A stretch of 64,000 nucleotides of DNA from Clostridia bacterium (GTDB lineage: Bacteria; Bacillota; Clostridia; Christensenellales; UBA1242): NCBI GenBank assembly GCA_017453125.1, contig JAFTKS010000012.1, positions 117,238 through 181,237 of the forward strand, given 5' to 3'. The notes beneath the pieces are model-generated. The model searched no databases, was not told the origin of the DNA, and saw only the letters and a program-made list of their open reading frames with translations. This document shows positions 17,366 to 27,994 of the stretch, piece by piece (position 1 is the first letter of the stretch; every line of letters begins with the position of its first letter). Made by a program: the position numbers and the translations under genes.

Positions 17366-18694
17366 TTATGTATCGATAATATTATTTATAAAATTTAATA
17401 CTTTTTGAGCAATTTTATTGCAATCACTTTTTGAATTACTTTCAACATACAATCTAATCACAGGTTCAGTTCCACTTGGTCTTAGAACTATTCTACAATT
17501 TTCATATTGATTTTTAAGCTCTAATAAATACTTCTTTATACAAATATTATTATCAAAATCTTCACGTAACTTCGAATCAATATTTATATTTTTAATTAAA
17601 CTAAAATAATAATTAATATCATTAATCTGTTCAATAAACCCTAACCCACATTTGAAATATATTTCCAAGAATAGCAATGAAGATAGCAGAGCATCACAAG
17701 AATGATTAAACTCTAATAAACATATATGTCCTGATGGTTCACCACCCAATGACAACTTATTCTCCTTCAACACCTTAATTACATTCTTGTCCCCAACATC
17801 ACTTCGTAATACATTTATATTTTTCTTCTTTAGTGACTCCACTAACCCTTCATTAGTCATTATAGTTCCAACAATATTCATATTATTAGTTTTCATCGTG
17901 TCTTTCATATACAGAGCAAACAAATATATCAAATCATCGCCTGTCAAAACTCTACCATCATTTAATACAATTCTTATCCTATCGCCATCTCCATCAAAAG
18001 CAATTCCTAAATTTGCACCATTCTTTTGCACCGCATTTACCAAATTTTCTATATGTTCTGCTCCACAATTGTCATTTATATGGTCACCATTATTTTCACT
18101 AGCAATTCTTACAACCTCAATTCCCAGTGATTCATATGTGATTGGAGCAATCAGATAATTAGCTCCATTTGCACAATCTACAACAACTTTTATATCTCTA
18201 TTTTTTATTGTAGAAAATTTTTCATATAAGAAATTTATATACTGCTCTCTAAGAGTTATATCATATCTAACATGGCCTTTATGCGTAGATTTATGCAAAG
18301 ATGACAAAAAGCCCTTCTTTTCAATAATATCTTCTATATTTTTACTTAATTTAAAGCCGTTACTATCAAAAATTTTGATACCATTATAACTGGCATCATT
18401 ATGTGATGCAGTAATCATTATTCCCATACCAAAATTTTGCTTTTCTACAATAAAGCTAATAACAGGTGTAGGAACAATTCCTATAATAGTGACATTCACT
18501 CCATAATCAATTATACCTGTTATCAAAGCATACATAATTAGATCTGAACTATTTCTAGTATCCTTTCCTATAAGAACATTCTTAATGTTATTCTCACTAC
18601 AATATATCCCTATACCCTTACCTATATTATAAGAAAGTTGACTATCAATACCTTTATCAACAATACCCCTTATACCATCAGTCCCAAAAAACAT
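17366..18694 (-). CDS. glmM: phosphoglucosamine mutase
   Basis: MFFGTDGIRG, active-site TASHNDASYNGIK and GDGDR metal loop; 442 aa. Confidence 0.92.
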   Translation of the reverse strand: MFFGTDGIRGIVDKGIDSQLSYNIGKGIGIYCSENNIKNVLIGKDTRNSSDLIMYALITGIIDYGVNVTIIGIVPTPVISFIVEKQNFGMGIMITASHNDASYNGIKIFDSNGFKLSKNIEDIIEKKGFLSSLHKSTHKGHVRYDITLREQYINFLYEKFSTIKNRDIKVVVDCANGANYLIAPITYESLGIEVVRIASENNGDHINDNCGAEHIENLVNAVQKNGANLGIAFDGDGDRIRIVLNDGRVLTGDDLIYLFALYMKDTMKTNNMNIVGTIMTNEGLVESLKKKNINVLRSDVGDKNVIKVLKENKLSLGGEPSGHICLLEFNHSCDALLSSLLFLEIYFKCGLGFIEQINDINYYFSLIKNINIDSKLREDFDNNICIKKYLLELKNQYENCRIVLRPSGTEPVIRLYVESNSKSDCNKIAQKVLNFINNIIDT

Positions 18695-18727
18695 AAAAAA
18701 CCTCCAACATAATTTTATATGTTGGAG
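18695..18727 (-). terminator. terminator-like hairpin between trxB and glmM that contains the glmM Shine-Dalgarno
   Basis: Minus strand CTCCAACATA-loop-TATGTTGGAG, then G TTTTTT, then directly ATG of glmM. Confidence 0.6.
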
Positions 18728-18766
18728 TAATTTTTAATGTTATTATTTTTAATTGATGCAATAAAA

Positions 18767-19639
18767 TCAATATGATTTAGACAAATATTTTATTACTTCA
18801 GTTGCAGCAATTGCACCATCGCTACACGCAGTAATTATTTGTCTCAAGGTTTTATATCTCACATCCCCTGCCACAAACACACTATCAATATTGGTATGCA
18901 TATTTTCATCAGAAACGATATAACCATCTTTACAAGTAATGAAATCTTTATACAAATCTAAATTTGTCTTTCGTCCCAAACAAACAAAAATAGCGTCAGT
19001 ATTAATTTTTGTTTCCTTCAATGTGTTCATATCCTTTATTGTGATACTTTCAACAAAACCTGTTCCATTTATATCAATAATTTGTGAATTGGAATAAACC
19101 TTATGTCTAACAGATTTATATGAGTCTTGATAATCCACAACAATTAGATTATCCGTAAGCCCTTCAAGATATTCAACTGAACTTTTTCCTAACATACCAT
19201 TAGTAACAACAACTATGTTTTTTTGTTTATAAAGAGCACCATCACAAATTGCACAATAGCTCAAGCCCTTGAACCTATACTCTTCTTCTTTAGGTATATT
19301 TAACTTATTTACACTTTGTCCAGATGCTATTATTAATGCTTTGTATTTTATAGAAGTTTTGCCACAATCTATAATCTTTTTGTCATAATCAATTGAGTTT
19401 ATGTTTAAAAAGTCTATATTTACACCTAAATTCATTACTTGTGTCATTATTTTTTGAATTAGTTCATTTCCAGAAATTTTATTAAAACCAGGATAATTCT
19501 CAACTATATCTAGAGTGGCTGTAGTACCACCAAGAACACCATTTTCTATTATCATTACAGACTTATTTGCTCTTGCCAAATACAGCCCAGCAGTAAGTCC
19601 TGCAACACCACTGCCAATTACAACACAATCATAAATCAT
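18767..19639 (-). CDS. trxB: thioredoxin-disulfide reductase
   Basis: Start moved to ATG 19639 (AGGAGA RBS). VIGSGVAGLTAG FAD fold, redox-active CAICDG. Confidence 0.9.
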   Translation of the reverse strand: MIYDCVVIGSGVAGLTAGLYLARANKSVMIIENGVLGGTTATLDIVENYPGFNKISGNELIQKIMTQVMNLGVNIDFLNINSIDYDKKIIDCGKTSIKYKALIIASGQSVNKLNIPKEEEYRFKGLSYCAICDGALYKQKNIVVVTNGMLGKSSVEYLEGLTDNLIVVDYQDSYKSVRHKVYSNSQIIDINGTGFVESITIKDMNTLKETKINTDAIFVCLGRKTNLDLYKDFITCKDGYIVSDENMHTNIDSVFVAGDVRYKTLRQIITACSDGAIAATEVIKYLSKSY

Positions 19640-19710
19640 ATTATATCTCCTATCACTATCAAGTGTAGCACACAATATTATTTTTTACAAATACTATTTA
19701 AATTTTCATT

Positions 19711-19747
19711 AAAAAAAATAAAAAGCTGACAACTATTATATCAGCTT
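19711..19747 (-). terminator. intrinsic terminator ending the S10-spc-alpha superoperon
   Basis: Minus strand AGCTGA...TCAGCT stem followed by TTTTTATTTTTTTT, 17 nt after the rplQ stop. Confidence 0.7.
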
Positions 19748-19763
19748 TTATATTTACACGGAA

Positions 19764-20267
19764 TTAAACTAACTCGATAATTGCCATTTCAGCGTTATCG
19801 CCGTTTCTTGTACCCATCTTAATGATTCTAGTGTATCCACCACCGATTCCATTGTCTTCTTTTCTCTTTGCATATTTAGGAGCATAGATATTGAAGATTT
19901 TTTCAATCAATGGATGTTTAATATCTTCAGTACGCTTAATGAAATCAGCTTTTGATTCTTTCTCAGCTCTTACTTCTTGAATATCATAAAGTTTGCTCAT
20001 CATATCTCTTCTAGCAGCCAATTTCTTAGGACCATCGTTAACAACTTCTTTTTGAGACTTAACGCCCTTTGCATCAACAACAGTTTTATTAACCTTAACA
20101 ACATCTTCATAAGTATTGATAGCTTTAGTAATGATCTTTTCAACATAAGATCTCAATTCTTTAGCTTTTTCTAATGTTGTTTCAATTTTTCCATACCAAA
20201 GAAGATTTGTAGCTAGACTACGCAATACAGCAATTCTTTCGTCTGTAGGTCTATTTAATTTTCTCAT
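19764..20267 (-). CDS. rplQ: 50S ribosomal protein L17 (long form, 167 aa)
   Basis: MRKLNRPTDERIAVLRSLATNLL...; last gene after rpoA. Confidence 0.93.
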   Translation of the reverse strand: MRKLNRPTDERIAVLRSLATNLLWYGKIETTLEKAKELRSYVEKIITKAINTYEDVVKVNKTVVDAKGVKSQKEVVNDGPKKLAARRDMMSKLYDIQEVRAEKESKADFIKRTEDIKHPLIEKIFNIYAPKYAKRKEDNGIGGGYTRIIKMGTRNGDNAEMAIIELV

Positions 20268-20287
20268 TATACAAATTCTCCCTTATA

Positions 20288-21241
20288 TTATTCTTCATCG
20301 TTTCTTAATGACAAACCAAAGCTTTGAAGTTTTGCAGCAACTTCTTCAAGTGAGCGTTTACCAAGGTTCTTAACCTTAGCAAGGTCACTTTCAGATTTTT
20401 TAGTTAAATCTGCAACAGTATTAATACCAGCTCTCTTCAAGCAATTGAAACTTCTAACAGAAAGGTCAATATCTTCTATAGTCATTTCAAGAACTTTTGT
20501 TTGTTTGTCTTCTTCTCTGCAAACCAAAATGTCCATTTGCGCCATACTTTCAACAAGATCAACAAATAATCCGATATGGTCTTGGATTAACTTTCCAGAA
20601 AGAGAAATTACTTCTCTAGAAGAAAGAGTTCCGTTAGTTTCAACTTCGATAGTCAACTTATCATAGTCGATATTCTGACCAACACGTGTATTTTGAACAT
20701 AATAGTTTACTTTCTTAACTGGTGTAAATATAGAATCGATTGCGATATATCCGATTGGAGAATCATCTTTTTTGTTAGCGTCAGCAGGAACATATCCTCT
20801 ACCTCTACCAACAAATACTTCCAATTCAAATTTAGCACCATCATCAAGTGAGCATATATGAAGTTCTGGATTCAAGATTTCTACCAAATCATTTGGTTCA
20901 AAATCTGCAGCAGTAACTTCGCCTGCGCCATATTTATTGATTCTAAGAATAGTTGTGAAATCTTTGGAAGTATCAAAACTCTTAACTGCCAAATTCTTGA
21001 TATTCAATACAATATCAACAACATCTTCCGAAACGCCAGAGATTGTTGAGAATTCGTGTTGAACACCATTAATTTTGATACCAATTGGAGCTGCACCAGG
21101 AAGAGCAGACAACAATACTCTTCTTAGACAGTTTCCTAATGTAATACCAAATCCTCTATCTAATGGTTCAACAACGAATCTAGCAAAACATCCGTTATCG
21201 GTTTCTTCACAAGTAATTCTAGGCTTTTCAATTTCCATCAT
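20288..21241 (-). CDS. rpoA: DNA-directed RNA polymerase subunit alpha
   Basis: Start moved to ATG 21241 (GAGGA RBS). MMEIEKPRI..., GNCLRRVLLS, C-terminal domain with SVRSFNCLKRAGI. Confidence 0.95.
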   Translation of the reverse strand: MMEIEKPRITCEETDNGCFARFVVEPLDRGFGITLGNCLRRVLLSALPGAAPIGIKINGVQHEFSTISGVSEDVVDIVLNIKNLAVKSFDTSKDFTTILRINKYGAGEVTAADFEPNDLVEILNPELHICSLDDGAKFELEVFVGRGRGYVPADANKKDDSPIGYIAIDSIFTPVKKVNYYVQNTRVGQNIDYDKLTIEVETNGTLSSREVISLSGKLIQDHIGLFVDLVESMAQMDILVCREEDKQTKVLEMTIEDIDLSVRSFNCLKRAGINTVADLTKKSESDLAKVKNLGKRSLEEVAAKLQSFGLSLRNDEE

Positions 21242-21272
21242 AAGAAATTTCCTCACTTTTGAAATTTATTTA

Positions 21273-21896
21273 TTATTTAGAGTACAACTCTATAATTAGA
21301 TGTTCACGGATATTCAAGTCAATATCATCTCTTTGTGGAAGAGCATTGATCTTGCCTGTTAATTTCTCAGCGTTGAATTCCAACCACTTTGGCATAACGC
21401 ATTTAACATCTTTCAATTCTTTGAACATAGGAAGTTCTTTCTTATTCTCTTTGATTGCGATAACATCGTCAACTTTAACTTGGTAGCTAGGAATATTAAC
21501 TGTTCTGCCGTTAACAGTAATATGTCCGTGGTTAACGATTTGTCTACTTTCTTTTCTAGATGCACCGATACCCATTCTATATACAACGTTATCAAGTCTT
21601 CTTTCTAGCATAGAAAGCATATTTTCACCGACAATACCAGTTCTTTGGTTGTTAGCAACTTCATAGTAGTGTCTGAATTGTTTTTCAAGCAAGCCATAAG
21701 CTTTTTTAACTTTTTGTTTTTCTCTTAATTGTAGACTATATTCTGTAGCCTTCTTTCTAGCTGCGCCGTGAACACCAGGAACATTTGGTCTTCTTTCCAT
21801 AGCACATTTCTTAGAAGTACATCTTTCGCCTTTAAGGAAAAGTTTACATCCTTCACGACGACAAATTCTACAATCTGCACCTGTATATTTTGCCAT
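21273..21896 (-). CDS. rpsD: 30S ribosomal protein S4 (Cys-containing form)
   Basis: [31 protein letters not shown]...; alpha-operon synteny. Confidence 0.95.
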   Translation of the reverse strand: MAKYTGADCRICRREGCKLFLKGERCTSKKCAMERRPNVPGVHGAARKKATEYSLQLREKQKVKKAYGLLEKQFRHYYEVANNQRTGIVGENMLSMLERRLDNVVYRMGIGASRKESRQIVNHGHITVNGRTVNIPSYQVKVDDVIAIKENKKELPMFKELKDVKCVMPKWLEFNAEKLTGKINALPQRDDIDLNIREHLIIELYSK

Positions 21897-21918
21897 ACTA
21901 TATATATTTCTCCTTTAA

Positions 21919-22314
21919 TTATATTCTTCTGCGCTTTGGTGGGCGACAACCGTTATGAGGTATTGGTGATACGTCTTTGATAAGTGTAATATCAAGACCT
22001 GCTGTTTGAAGTGCTCTAATAGCAGTTTCTCTACCATTACCTGGACCCTTTACATAAACTTCAACAGATTTAATACCTTGTTCTCTTGCACTCTTACCTG
22101 CAATTTCAGAAGCTTGTTGAGCAGCATAAGGTGTACTTTTTCTAGAACCGCTAAGTCCTAGGCTACCAGCACTACTCCAAGCAACTGCGTTACCAGCATT
22201 ATCTGTAATAGTAATAATTGTATTATTGAAAGAAGCGTTTATGTATGCAGCACCTTTGTCTAAATTCTTAGTTACTTTTTTCTTTTTTGTAACCTTACTT
22301 TTTGTAACAGCCAT
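21919..22314 (-). CDS. rpsK: 30S ribosomal protein S11
   Basis: ...[16 protein letters not shown]..., C-terminal [12 protein letters not shown]. Confidence 0.96.
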   Translation of the reverse strand: MAVTKSKVTKKKKVTKNLDKGAAYINASFNNTIITITDNAGNAVAWSSAGSLGLSGSRKSTPYAAQQASEIAGKSAREQGIKSVEVYVKGPGNGRETAIRALQTAGLDITLIKDVSPIPHNGCRPPKRRRI

Positions 22315-22335
22315 TTACTTTCTCCTTAACAGATT

Positions 22336-22716
22336 TTACTTATTCTTCTCTTTCTTGGACTTAGAAACAGTTTTCTTAGGACCTTTTCTAGTTCTAGCGT
22401 TTTGTTTAGTATTTTGACCACGTACAGGAAGGTTCTTTCTGTGACGAATTCCACGATAACAACCAATTTCTTGTAGTCTTTTGATATTCAAAGAAACTTC
22501 TCTTTGAAGGTCACCTTCAACAACACAGTTCTTCTCAATGTAAGTTCTGATTTTTCCAACTTCTTCTTCAGTCAAATCTTTTACACGAGTATCTGGGTTA
22601 ATTTTAGTTTCTTTCAAAATTTGATTAGCAGTTTGTCTACCAATACCGTAGATATAAGTTAGACCTATTTCTACTCTTTTCTCGTTTGGTAAATCAATTC
22701 CAGCAATACGAGCCAT
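22336..22716 (-). CDS. rpsM: 30S ribosomal protein S13
   Basis: [26 protein letters not shown]... Confidence 0.96.
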   Translation of the reverse strand: MARIAGIDLPNEKRVEIGLTYIYGIGRQTANQILKETKINPDTRVKDLTEEEVGKIRTYIEKNCVVEGDLQREVSLNIKRLQEIGCYRGIRHRKNLPVRGQNTKQNARTRKGPKKTVSKSKKEKNK

Positions 22717-22939
22717 TTAATTTCCTCCATAAAAATTTCTATAAAATTAAATAATTTGAAAGTTATCTTTCAATGTGTCCTTGAGACACTCAAAGCATAA
22801 TTATATGCTTTCGAGAAAGGCTCCAACACTAGTCTTTCTCTATATATAAACGCAAGATAAGAATTTTGCCGCGACTTATCTCACAATTATTTTCAAAGTC
22901 TGAACTCAAAATGAGTATTAAAATATAACCATATATTAA
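22717..22939 (-). promoter_or_regulatory. about 220-nt structured 5' leader of rpsM-rpsK-rpsD-rpoA-rplQ
   Basis: Between the promoter at 22940-22968 and the rpsM ATG. Minus-strand hairpins GATAAG...CTTATC, GAGAAAG...CTTTCTC, AAGCATA...TATGCTT and GTGTC-TCAAG-GACAC. Confidence 0.45.
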
Positions 22940-22968
22940 ATTATATCATAATTATAAATAATTTTCAA
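22940..22968 (-). promoter_or_regulatory. internal sigma-A promoter upstream of rpsM
   Basis: Minus strand TTGAAA (22968-22963), 17 nt, TATAAT (22945-22940). Confidence 0.65.
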
Positions 22969-22995
22969 TACTCTAGACTTGAATTTAGGTCTAAA

Positions 22996-23112
22996 TTAGC
23001 CTTGTCTTTGTTTGTGTTTAGGATATTTTGAACAAATAACCATAACTGTGCCATTTCTCTTAATGATTTTGCAACTATCACACATTTTCTTAACTGATGG
23101 TCTTACTTTCAT
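22996..23112 (-). CDS. rpmJ: 50S ribosomal protein L36 (Zn form)
   Basis: Below the ORF-track cutoff. My translation is [38 protein letters not shown]; sits between infA and rpsM as expected. Confidence 0.95.
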   Translation of the reverse strand: MKVRPSVKKMCDSCKIIKRNGTVMVICSKYPKHKQRQG

Positions 23113-23124
23113 AACTTTACTCTC

Positions 23125-23352
23125 CTAATTTTTGTTTTTTAATCTCCAAATAATTCGACCTTTAGTCAAATCGTAGAGCGACATTTCTACTTTAACTTGG
23201 TCACCTACTAAAATTCGAATGTTGTTAAGATGCAATTTACCTGACAAATATGCAGTAATAATAAATCCATTTGATAATTGCACTTTGAAATTTGCATTAC
23301 GCAATACTTCAACAACAACACCTTCTGTTTCTACAACATCTGTTTTTGACAC
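23125..23352 (-). CDS. infA: translation initiation factor IF-1
   Basis: The track start is a TTG 1 nt after AGGAGG. GTG at 23352 is 10 nt from the RBS and gives (M)[25 protein letters not shown], matching the IF-1 N-terminus. Confidence 0.9.
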   Translation of the reverse strand: MSKTDVVETEGVVVEVLRNANFKVQLSNGFIITAYLSGKLHLNNIRILVGDQVKVEMSLYDLTKGRIIWRLKNKN

Positions 23353-23366
23353 AAACAACAAGCCTC

Positions 23367-23633
23367 CTATTTGACTCTAGATTTATTGTAATTATTTAAA
23401 AATTTTTTCACAAGTGCGTTATCGGCATTGCTTATATCAAGCTCAACCTTTTCACTTTTGCATAATAAATGTAGATGTTTTTTATTTTTCTTCTTTGGGT
23501 TTTCAATGGTTCTGGTATCACCATTAATTAAAAATGCATACTCATTATCTTCATTCAAAATAATAAATATTTCGCCTTTTTCTCTTCCAGCAGTAGCCAA
23601 AACCACCGCTCCAGCACTAAAATATTCTTTCAT
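23367..23633 (-). CDS. KOW-domain RNA-binding protein (YbzG-like, conserved between map and infA)
   Basis: Start moved to ATG 23633 (AAGGTGA RBS). [22 protein letters not shown]-like motif; position as in the Bacillus adk-map-ybzG-infA cluster. Confidence 0.7.
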   Translation of the reverse strand: MKEYFSAGAVVLATAGREKGEIFIILNEDNEYAFLINGDTRTIENPKKKNKKHLHLLCKSEKVELDISNADNALVKKFLNNYNKSRVK

Positions 23634-23643
23634 AAATCTCACC

Positions 23644-24390
23644 TTAAAGTGTTAATATATCAACACCATCATCAGTAATCAAAACTGTATTTTCATAATG
23701 TGCTGAAGGCTGTCCGTCTCTTGTTTTGCAGGTCCAACCATCTGATAAAAATACAACATGCCTATCACCCATATTTACCATTGGTTCTATTGCAATAACA
23801 GAATTTGTGTTAAGCCTAGGGCCTCCGCCCGCTCTACCATAATTAGGAACTTGAGGATCCTCGTGTAATTCCCTACCAACACCATGACCAACTAGTTCTC
23901 TTACGATAGAATATCCATTCTTTTCTACAAAAGTCTGTATTCTGTTGGAGATATCTCCTACATAAGCACCGCTCTTTAAACCTTTTATACCTTCAAAGAA
24001 GCTTTGTTCTGTAATTTTTATTAGTCTTTTAACTTTTGAATCAATTTTCCCTACAGGGAATGTTCTAGCAGCATCTCCGTGAAAACCTTTGTATTTGGCT
24101 CCAACATCAACACTAATAATATCCCCTTCCTTAAGGATAATCTCTTCACTAGGAATACCGTGAACTATTGTATCATTAACTGATGCACAAATAGTTGCAG
24201 GATATCCGCAATAGTTTTTGAAGGAAGGAATCGCTCCTTGAGACTTGATATAATCAAAAGCAATTTTATCAAGTTCTTTTGTAGAAATTCCTACCTTAAT
24301 ACTATTTTCAACAACTTTAAGTGTATCTCTTGTAATCCTACATGCTTCACGCATAAGTTCGATTTCTTCTTGAGATTTTGTCTTAATCAT
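23644..24390 (-). CDS. map: type I methionine aminopeptidase
   Basis: The homology-supported start MIKTKSQEEIELMREA (ATG 24390) overlaps the adk stop (ATGATTAA). Metal-ligand context DVGAKYKGFHGD...HGVG...EP. Confidence 0.9.
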   Translation of the reverse strand: MIKTKSQEEIELMREACRITRDTLKVVENSIKVGISTKELDKIAFDYIKSQGAIPSFKNYCGYPATICASVNDTIVHGIPSEEIILKEGDIISVDVGAKYKGFHGDAARTFPVGKIDSKVKRLIKITEQSFFEGIKGLKSGAYVGDISNRIQTFVEKNGYSIVRELVGHGVGRELHEDPQVPNYGRAGGGPRLNTNSVIAIEPMVNMGDRHVVFLSDGWTCKTRDGQPSAHYENTVLITDDGVDILTL

Positions 24391-25018
24391 TGTTTTTTGC
24401 ACCATTGTCTAAAACATTCTTGACAAGAGCATATGTGCTTTCGACATCATCTGCTGCATCAATCTTATTAAAGACACCTTTTTGTTTGAAAAATTCAATA
24501 AGTTCTTGTGAAACTGCTTGTTTTTGAAGTCTTACTTTGATAACTTCTGGTTTATCATCATCACGTATATAAACTTCGCCACCACATTTTTCACATTTTC
24601 CATCAACCATCCAATCTAAAGATGTTGGTTGACTACATTTGCTACACATTCTTCTACTTGAAAGTCTAGCAATAATTTTTTCTTCACTCAAATCAATCAT
24701 AAGAGCGATATCAACATCTGTAATAGTTTCCAAAAATTTAGCTTGACTAAGATTTCTTGGGTAACCATCTAGAATAAATCCATTCTTACAATCATCTTGA
24801 GCTAGTCTATCTGCGACAAGTTTATTTGTTAATTCCTCAGGAACTAACTCACCATTGTCAATATATGATTTAGCAATTTTGCCAAGTTCAGTATTATTTT
24901 TTATATTGGTTCTAAAAATTTCGCCAGTAGAAATATGAGGTAAGCCGAATCTGGCACTAATCAAACCTGCTTGTGTGCCTTTACCACTACCTACTGGTCC
25001 TAATAAAATCAATCTCAT
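24383..25018 (-). CDS. adk: adenylate kinase (Zn-lid form)
   Basis: P-loop GPVGSGKGTQ; lid CSKC...CEKCGG. Confidence 0.95.
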   Translation of the reverse strand: MRLILLGPVGSGKGTQAGLISARFGLPHISTGEIFRTNIKNNTELGKIAKSYIDNGELVPEELTNKLVADRLAQDDCKNGFILDGYPRNLSQAKFLETITDVDIALMIDLSEEKIIARLSSRRMCSKCSQPTSLDWMVDGKCEKCGGEVYIRDDDKPEVIKVRLQKQAVSQELIEFFKQKGVFNKIDAADDVESTYALVKNVLDNGAKNND

Positions 25019-25036
25019 TTATTTCCTCTTTCATTC

Positions 25037-26341
25037 TTATTTTAAAAAGCCTTTGTAACTTCTCATAAGCATTTGAGCTTCAAGAGACTTGTCAAATTCA
25101 AGGGCTACGCTAACAACGATCAATAATCCAGTAGCACTAAATGCGCCAACTAGAGTACCACCAATTGATTTGAATAACAAACTTGGAATAATCGCAATAA
25201 TGGATAAGAATATTGCTCCAAATAAGGTTATTCTATTAGAAATCTTCTTTAGATATTCTGCAGTTGGTTTTCCTGGTCTAATACCTGGAATAAATCCACC
25301 GTTCTGTTGAATATTCTTTGAGATATCTTCTGGATTGAATGTAACTTGAGTCCAGAAATATGCAAAGAATGTAATAAGTAATCCAACAAGGACAATATAT
25401 ACCCAACTACCAGTTCCTAACCATTTACTATACCATTGATAGAAACTACTTTCTGCAGTATCAACGAAGATACTAATAATTAATTGTGGAAAAGATAGAA
25501 GCGACATAGCAAATATTATTGGCATAACGCCAGTAGCATTTACTCTGATAGGAATATATGTGCTTTGACCGCCATACATCTTTCTACCTTTAATTTGTTT
25601 TGCATATTGAACAGGAACCTTTCTTTCTGAGCCATCAATCCAAACAATAAAGCCGAATATTAGGATTAATGCTAAGATGAATAGTCCTAATTCTGTAAGG
25701 CTACCCATATCACCATTGAAAATATTTGTAAAGTTTGTCAAAAGTGAAGTAGCAGCTGTAGATAAGATACCTACGAAAATAAGCAATGACTGACCATTAG
25801 TAATACCTAGTTCAGTAATTTTTTCACCAATCCAATAAGTAAACATTGACCCAGCAATTAGAATTAGAGTAACAATAGCTCCAACCAACCAAGTTGGCAA
25901 AGCAAAACCAGAACCTAATGTAGATTCTTTAAGAACGCCTTCAAAACTGATAACAATCGCAACAGCTTGAGCAATAGCAAGAACTAGAGCAGCAATCTTT
26001 GTATAGAATGCAATTCTTTTCTTACCCTCATCACCTAGTTTTGAAAGTCTTTCAAGACTAGGAATAGCAATAGTTAAAAGCTGGATAATGATAGACGCAC
26101 TAATATATGGAGATATACCAAGGGCTAATATTGAGCCATTTTGTAACGCTCCACCACTAATGGAACTAAGTAGTCCCAAGAAACCTTCGTCACTAGAAAC
26201 CTGTGCTGCAAACGAACTAGCGTCTACACCAGGCACAGGAATCCAACATCCTAGTCTATAAATCAAAACTAGAAGAATTGTTAGAAGGATTTTATTTCTA
26301 ATTTCTTTTACTTTTAATGCATTGATAAAATTCTTAAACAT
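25037..26341 (-). CDS. secY: preprotein translocase subunit SecY
   Basis: 434 aa, multi-TM; ...LALGISPYISASIIIQLL...; spc-operon position. Confidence 0.95.
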   Translation of the reverse strand: MFKNFINALKVKEIRNKILLTILLVLIYRLGCWIPVPGVDASSFAAQVSSDEGFLGLLSSISGGALQNGSILALGISPYISASIIIQLLTIAIPSLERLSKLGDEGKKRIAFYTKIAALVLAIAQAVAIVISFEGVLKESTLGSGFALPTWLVGAIVTLILIAGSMFTYWIGEKITELGITNGQSLLIFVGILSTAATSLLTNFTNIFNGDMGSLTELGLFILALILIFGFIVWIDGSERKVPVQYAKQIKGRKMYGGQSTYIPIRVNATGVMPIIFAMSLLSFPQLIISIFVDTAESSFYQWYSKWLGTGSWVYIVLVGLLITFFAYFWTQVTFNPEDISKNIQQNGGFIPGIRPGKPTAEYLKKISNRITLFGAIFLSIIAIIPSLLFKSIGGTLVGAFSATGLLIVVSVALEFDKSLEAQMLMRSYKGFLK

Positions 26342-26787
26342 TATAATACCTCGGCTTTTCCACCAGCCTTAGTGATTTTTTGTATAGCAGTTTCAGAAAA
26401 TTTAGCTGCCTTAACAGTAAGATTTTTCTCTAAATTTCCATTACCTAATACTTTCAATCCATAAGGGGCAACTTTACTAATTATATTTTTCTCTTTTAGT
26501 AATTCAACTGTAACAACAGTATTATCAGCGAAGTTATTTAAATCTTCTACATTGATAACGTTATAAACTTTATCAAAGTTTTTGTTGTTGAAGCCTCTTC
26601 TAGGTAGTTTTCTAATAAGTGGCATTTGACCACCCTCGAATCCTGGACGAACACCACCGCCACTACGAGAGTTTTGTCCTTTAGTACCTTTTCCGCTAGT
26701 CTTTCCTAGACCAGAACCGATACCTCTTCCCAATCTCTTTGCCTTTGGTGTTGAATTAGGTGCAGGAGCAATTTGATGTAACTTCAT
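26341..26787 (-). CDS. rplO: 50S ribosomal protein L15
   Basis: [12 protein letters not shown]...[19 protein letters not shown]. Confidence 0.95.
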   Translation of the reverse strand: MKLHQIAPAPNSTPKAKRLGRGIGSGLGKTSGKGTKGQNSRSGGGVRPGFEGGQMPLIRKLPRRGFNNKNFDKVYNVINVEDLNNFADNTVVTVELLKEKNIISKVAPYGLKVLGNGNLEKNLTVKAAKFSETAIQKITKAGGKAEVL

Positions 26788-26798
26788 AATTTTGCCTC

Positions 26799-27032
26799 CT
26801 AGATTTCCTCTACACGAACAAGGTGTTTGATTTTAAAAATCATACCTCTAACAGCCTGATTATCAGGAAGTTCGTTAGATGAATTTAGTTTGTTTAATCC
26901 TAGAGCTGTAACAGTTCTTTTTTGGTCTTTTGAGAATCCAATAGGACTTTTTACAAGAACTACTCTAAGTTTCTTTTCTTTTTTTGCAACTTTTGTAGTG
27001 GTTGTTGCTTTATTTGTCTTAGTTTCTGCCAT
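26799..27032 (-). CDS. rpmD: 50S ribosomal protein L30 (with K/T-rich N-terminal extension)
   Basis: [25 protein letters not shown] core, preceded by [21 protein letters not shown]. Confidence 0.92.
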   Translation of the reverse strand: MAETKTNKATTTTKVAKKEKKLRVVLVKSPIGFSKDQKRTVTALGLNKLNSSNELPDNQAVRGMIFKIKHLVRVEEI

Positions 27033-27042
27033 AAAACACCCC

Positions 27043-27603
27043 TTACAAAATTTCCTCTACAGTTTTTCCACGAAGTGCTGCGATTTCTTCTTTGCTTCTT
27101 AATTGCATTAATCCATCAAGAGTAGCTCTAACACAGTTGATTTTGTTTCTTGAACCATAAGTTTTTGCAGTAATATCTTTGATTCCGCAAAGTTCAACAA
27201 CTGGTCTAACTGAACCACCAGCAATAACTCCTGTACCTTCTTTAGCTGGTAAAAGTTTTACCATAGAAGTACCGAATTTTCCGATAACTTCGTGAGGGAT
27301 AGTAGTTCCCTCAAGTGGAATGCTAACCATATGCTTCTTAGCACTCATAGTAGCCTTATCAATAGCATTTGGAACTTCAGCAGCCTTACCTGTACCTACT
27401 CCAACCTTACCATTCTTATCACCAGCAACTACAAGGGCTGAGAATCTCATATTTCTACCACCCTTAACAACTTTAGTTATACGATTAACGTCAACTAATT
27501 TGCTAGCAATTGGATCAACTTCTTTATTGAAAGACTTTTTATCATTATGATTTCTATTGCCACCTTTTCTTTCAAATGGCTTCTTTTCAGTATTTTGTTG
27601 CAT
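27043..27603 (-). CDS. rpsE: 30S ribosomal protein S5
   Basis: [26 protein letters not shown]... Confidence 0.95.
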   Translation of the reverse strand: MQQNTEKKPFERKGGNRNHNDKKSFNKEVDPIASKLVDVNRITKVVKGGRNMRFSALVVAGDKNGKVGVGTGKAAEVPNAIDKATMSAKKHMVSIPLEGTTIPHEVIGKFGTSMVKLLPAKEGTGVIAGGSVRPVVELCGIKDITAKTYGSRNKINCVRATLDGLMQLRSKEEIAALRGKTVEEIL

Positions 27604-27614
27604 ATAAACACCTC

Positions 27615-27983
27615 TTAAAACTCAAGACCAGCATCTCTAGCGCCGTCAGCAACTGCCTTAACTCTACCAGTATATTGATATCCAGCTCTGTCAAATACAA
27701 CAGCCTTGATACCTTTACTCATAGCGTTTTTAGCAATAGTTTGTCCAACAATAAATGCTGCTTCCTGTTTGGTTTTTCCTTCAATAGATTTAGCAATGTT
27801 TTTATCCATTGTTGATGCAGATGCTAGTGTAACACCCTTAACATCATCAATAACTTGAGCGTAAATGTTGTTTAGGCTCCTAAAAACATTAAGTCTTGGT
27901 CTTTCAGGGGTTCCTGAAATTTTTGCTCTAACACGTTGTGCACGCATTTTTCTATCTTCATTTTTATTAATATTCTTTATCAT
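27615..27983 (-). CDS. rplR: 50S ribosomal protein L18
   Basis: ...[20 protein letters not shown]...[26 protein letters not shown]. Confidence 0.95.
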   Translation of the reverse strand: MIKNINKNEDRKMRAQRVRAKISGTPERPRLNVFRSLNNIYAQVIDDVKGVTLASASTMDKNIAKSIEGKTKQEAAFIVGQTIAKNAMSKGIKAVVFDRAGYQYTGRVKAVADGARDAGLEF

Positions 27984-27994
27984 AACCCTAACCT

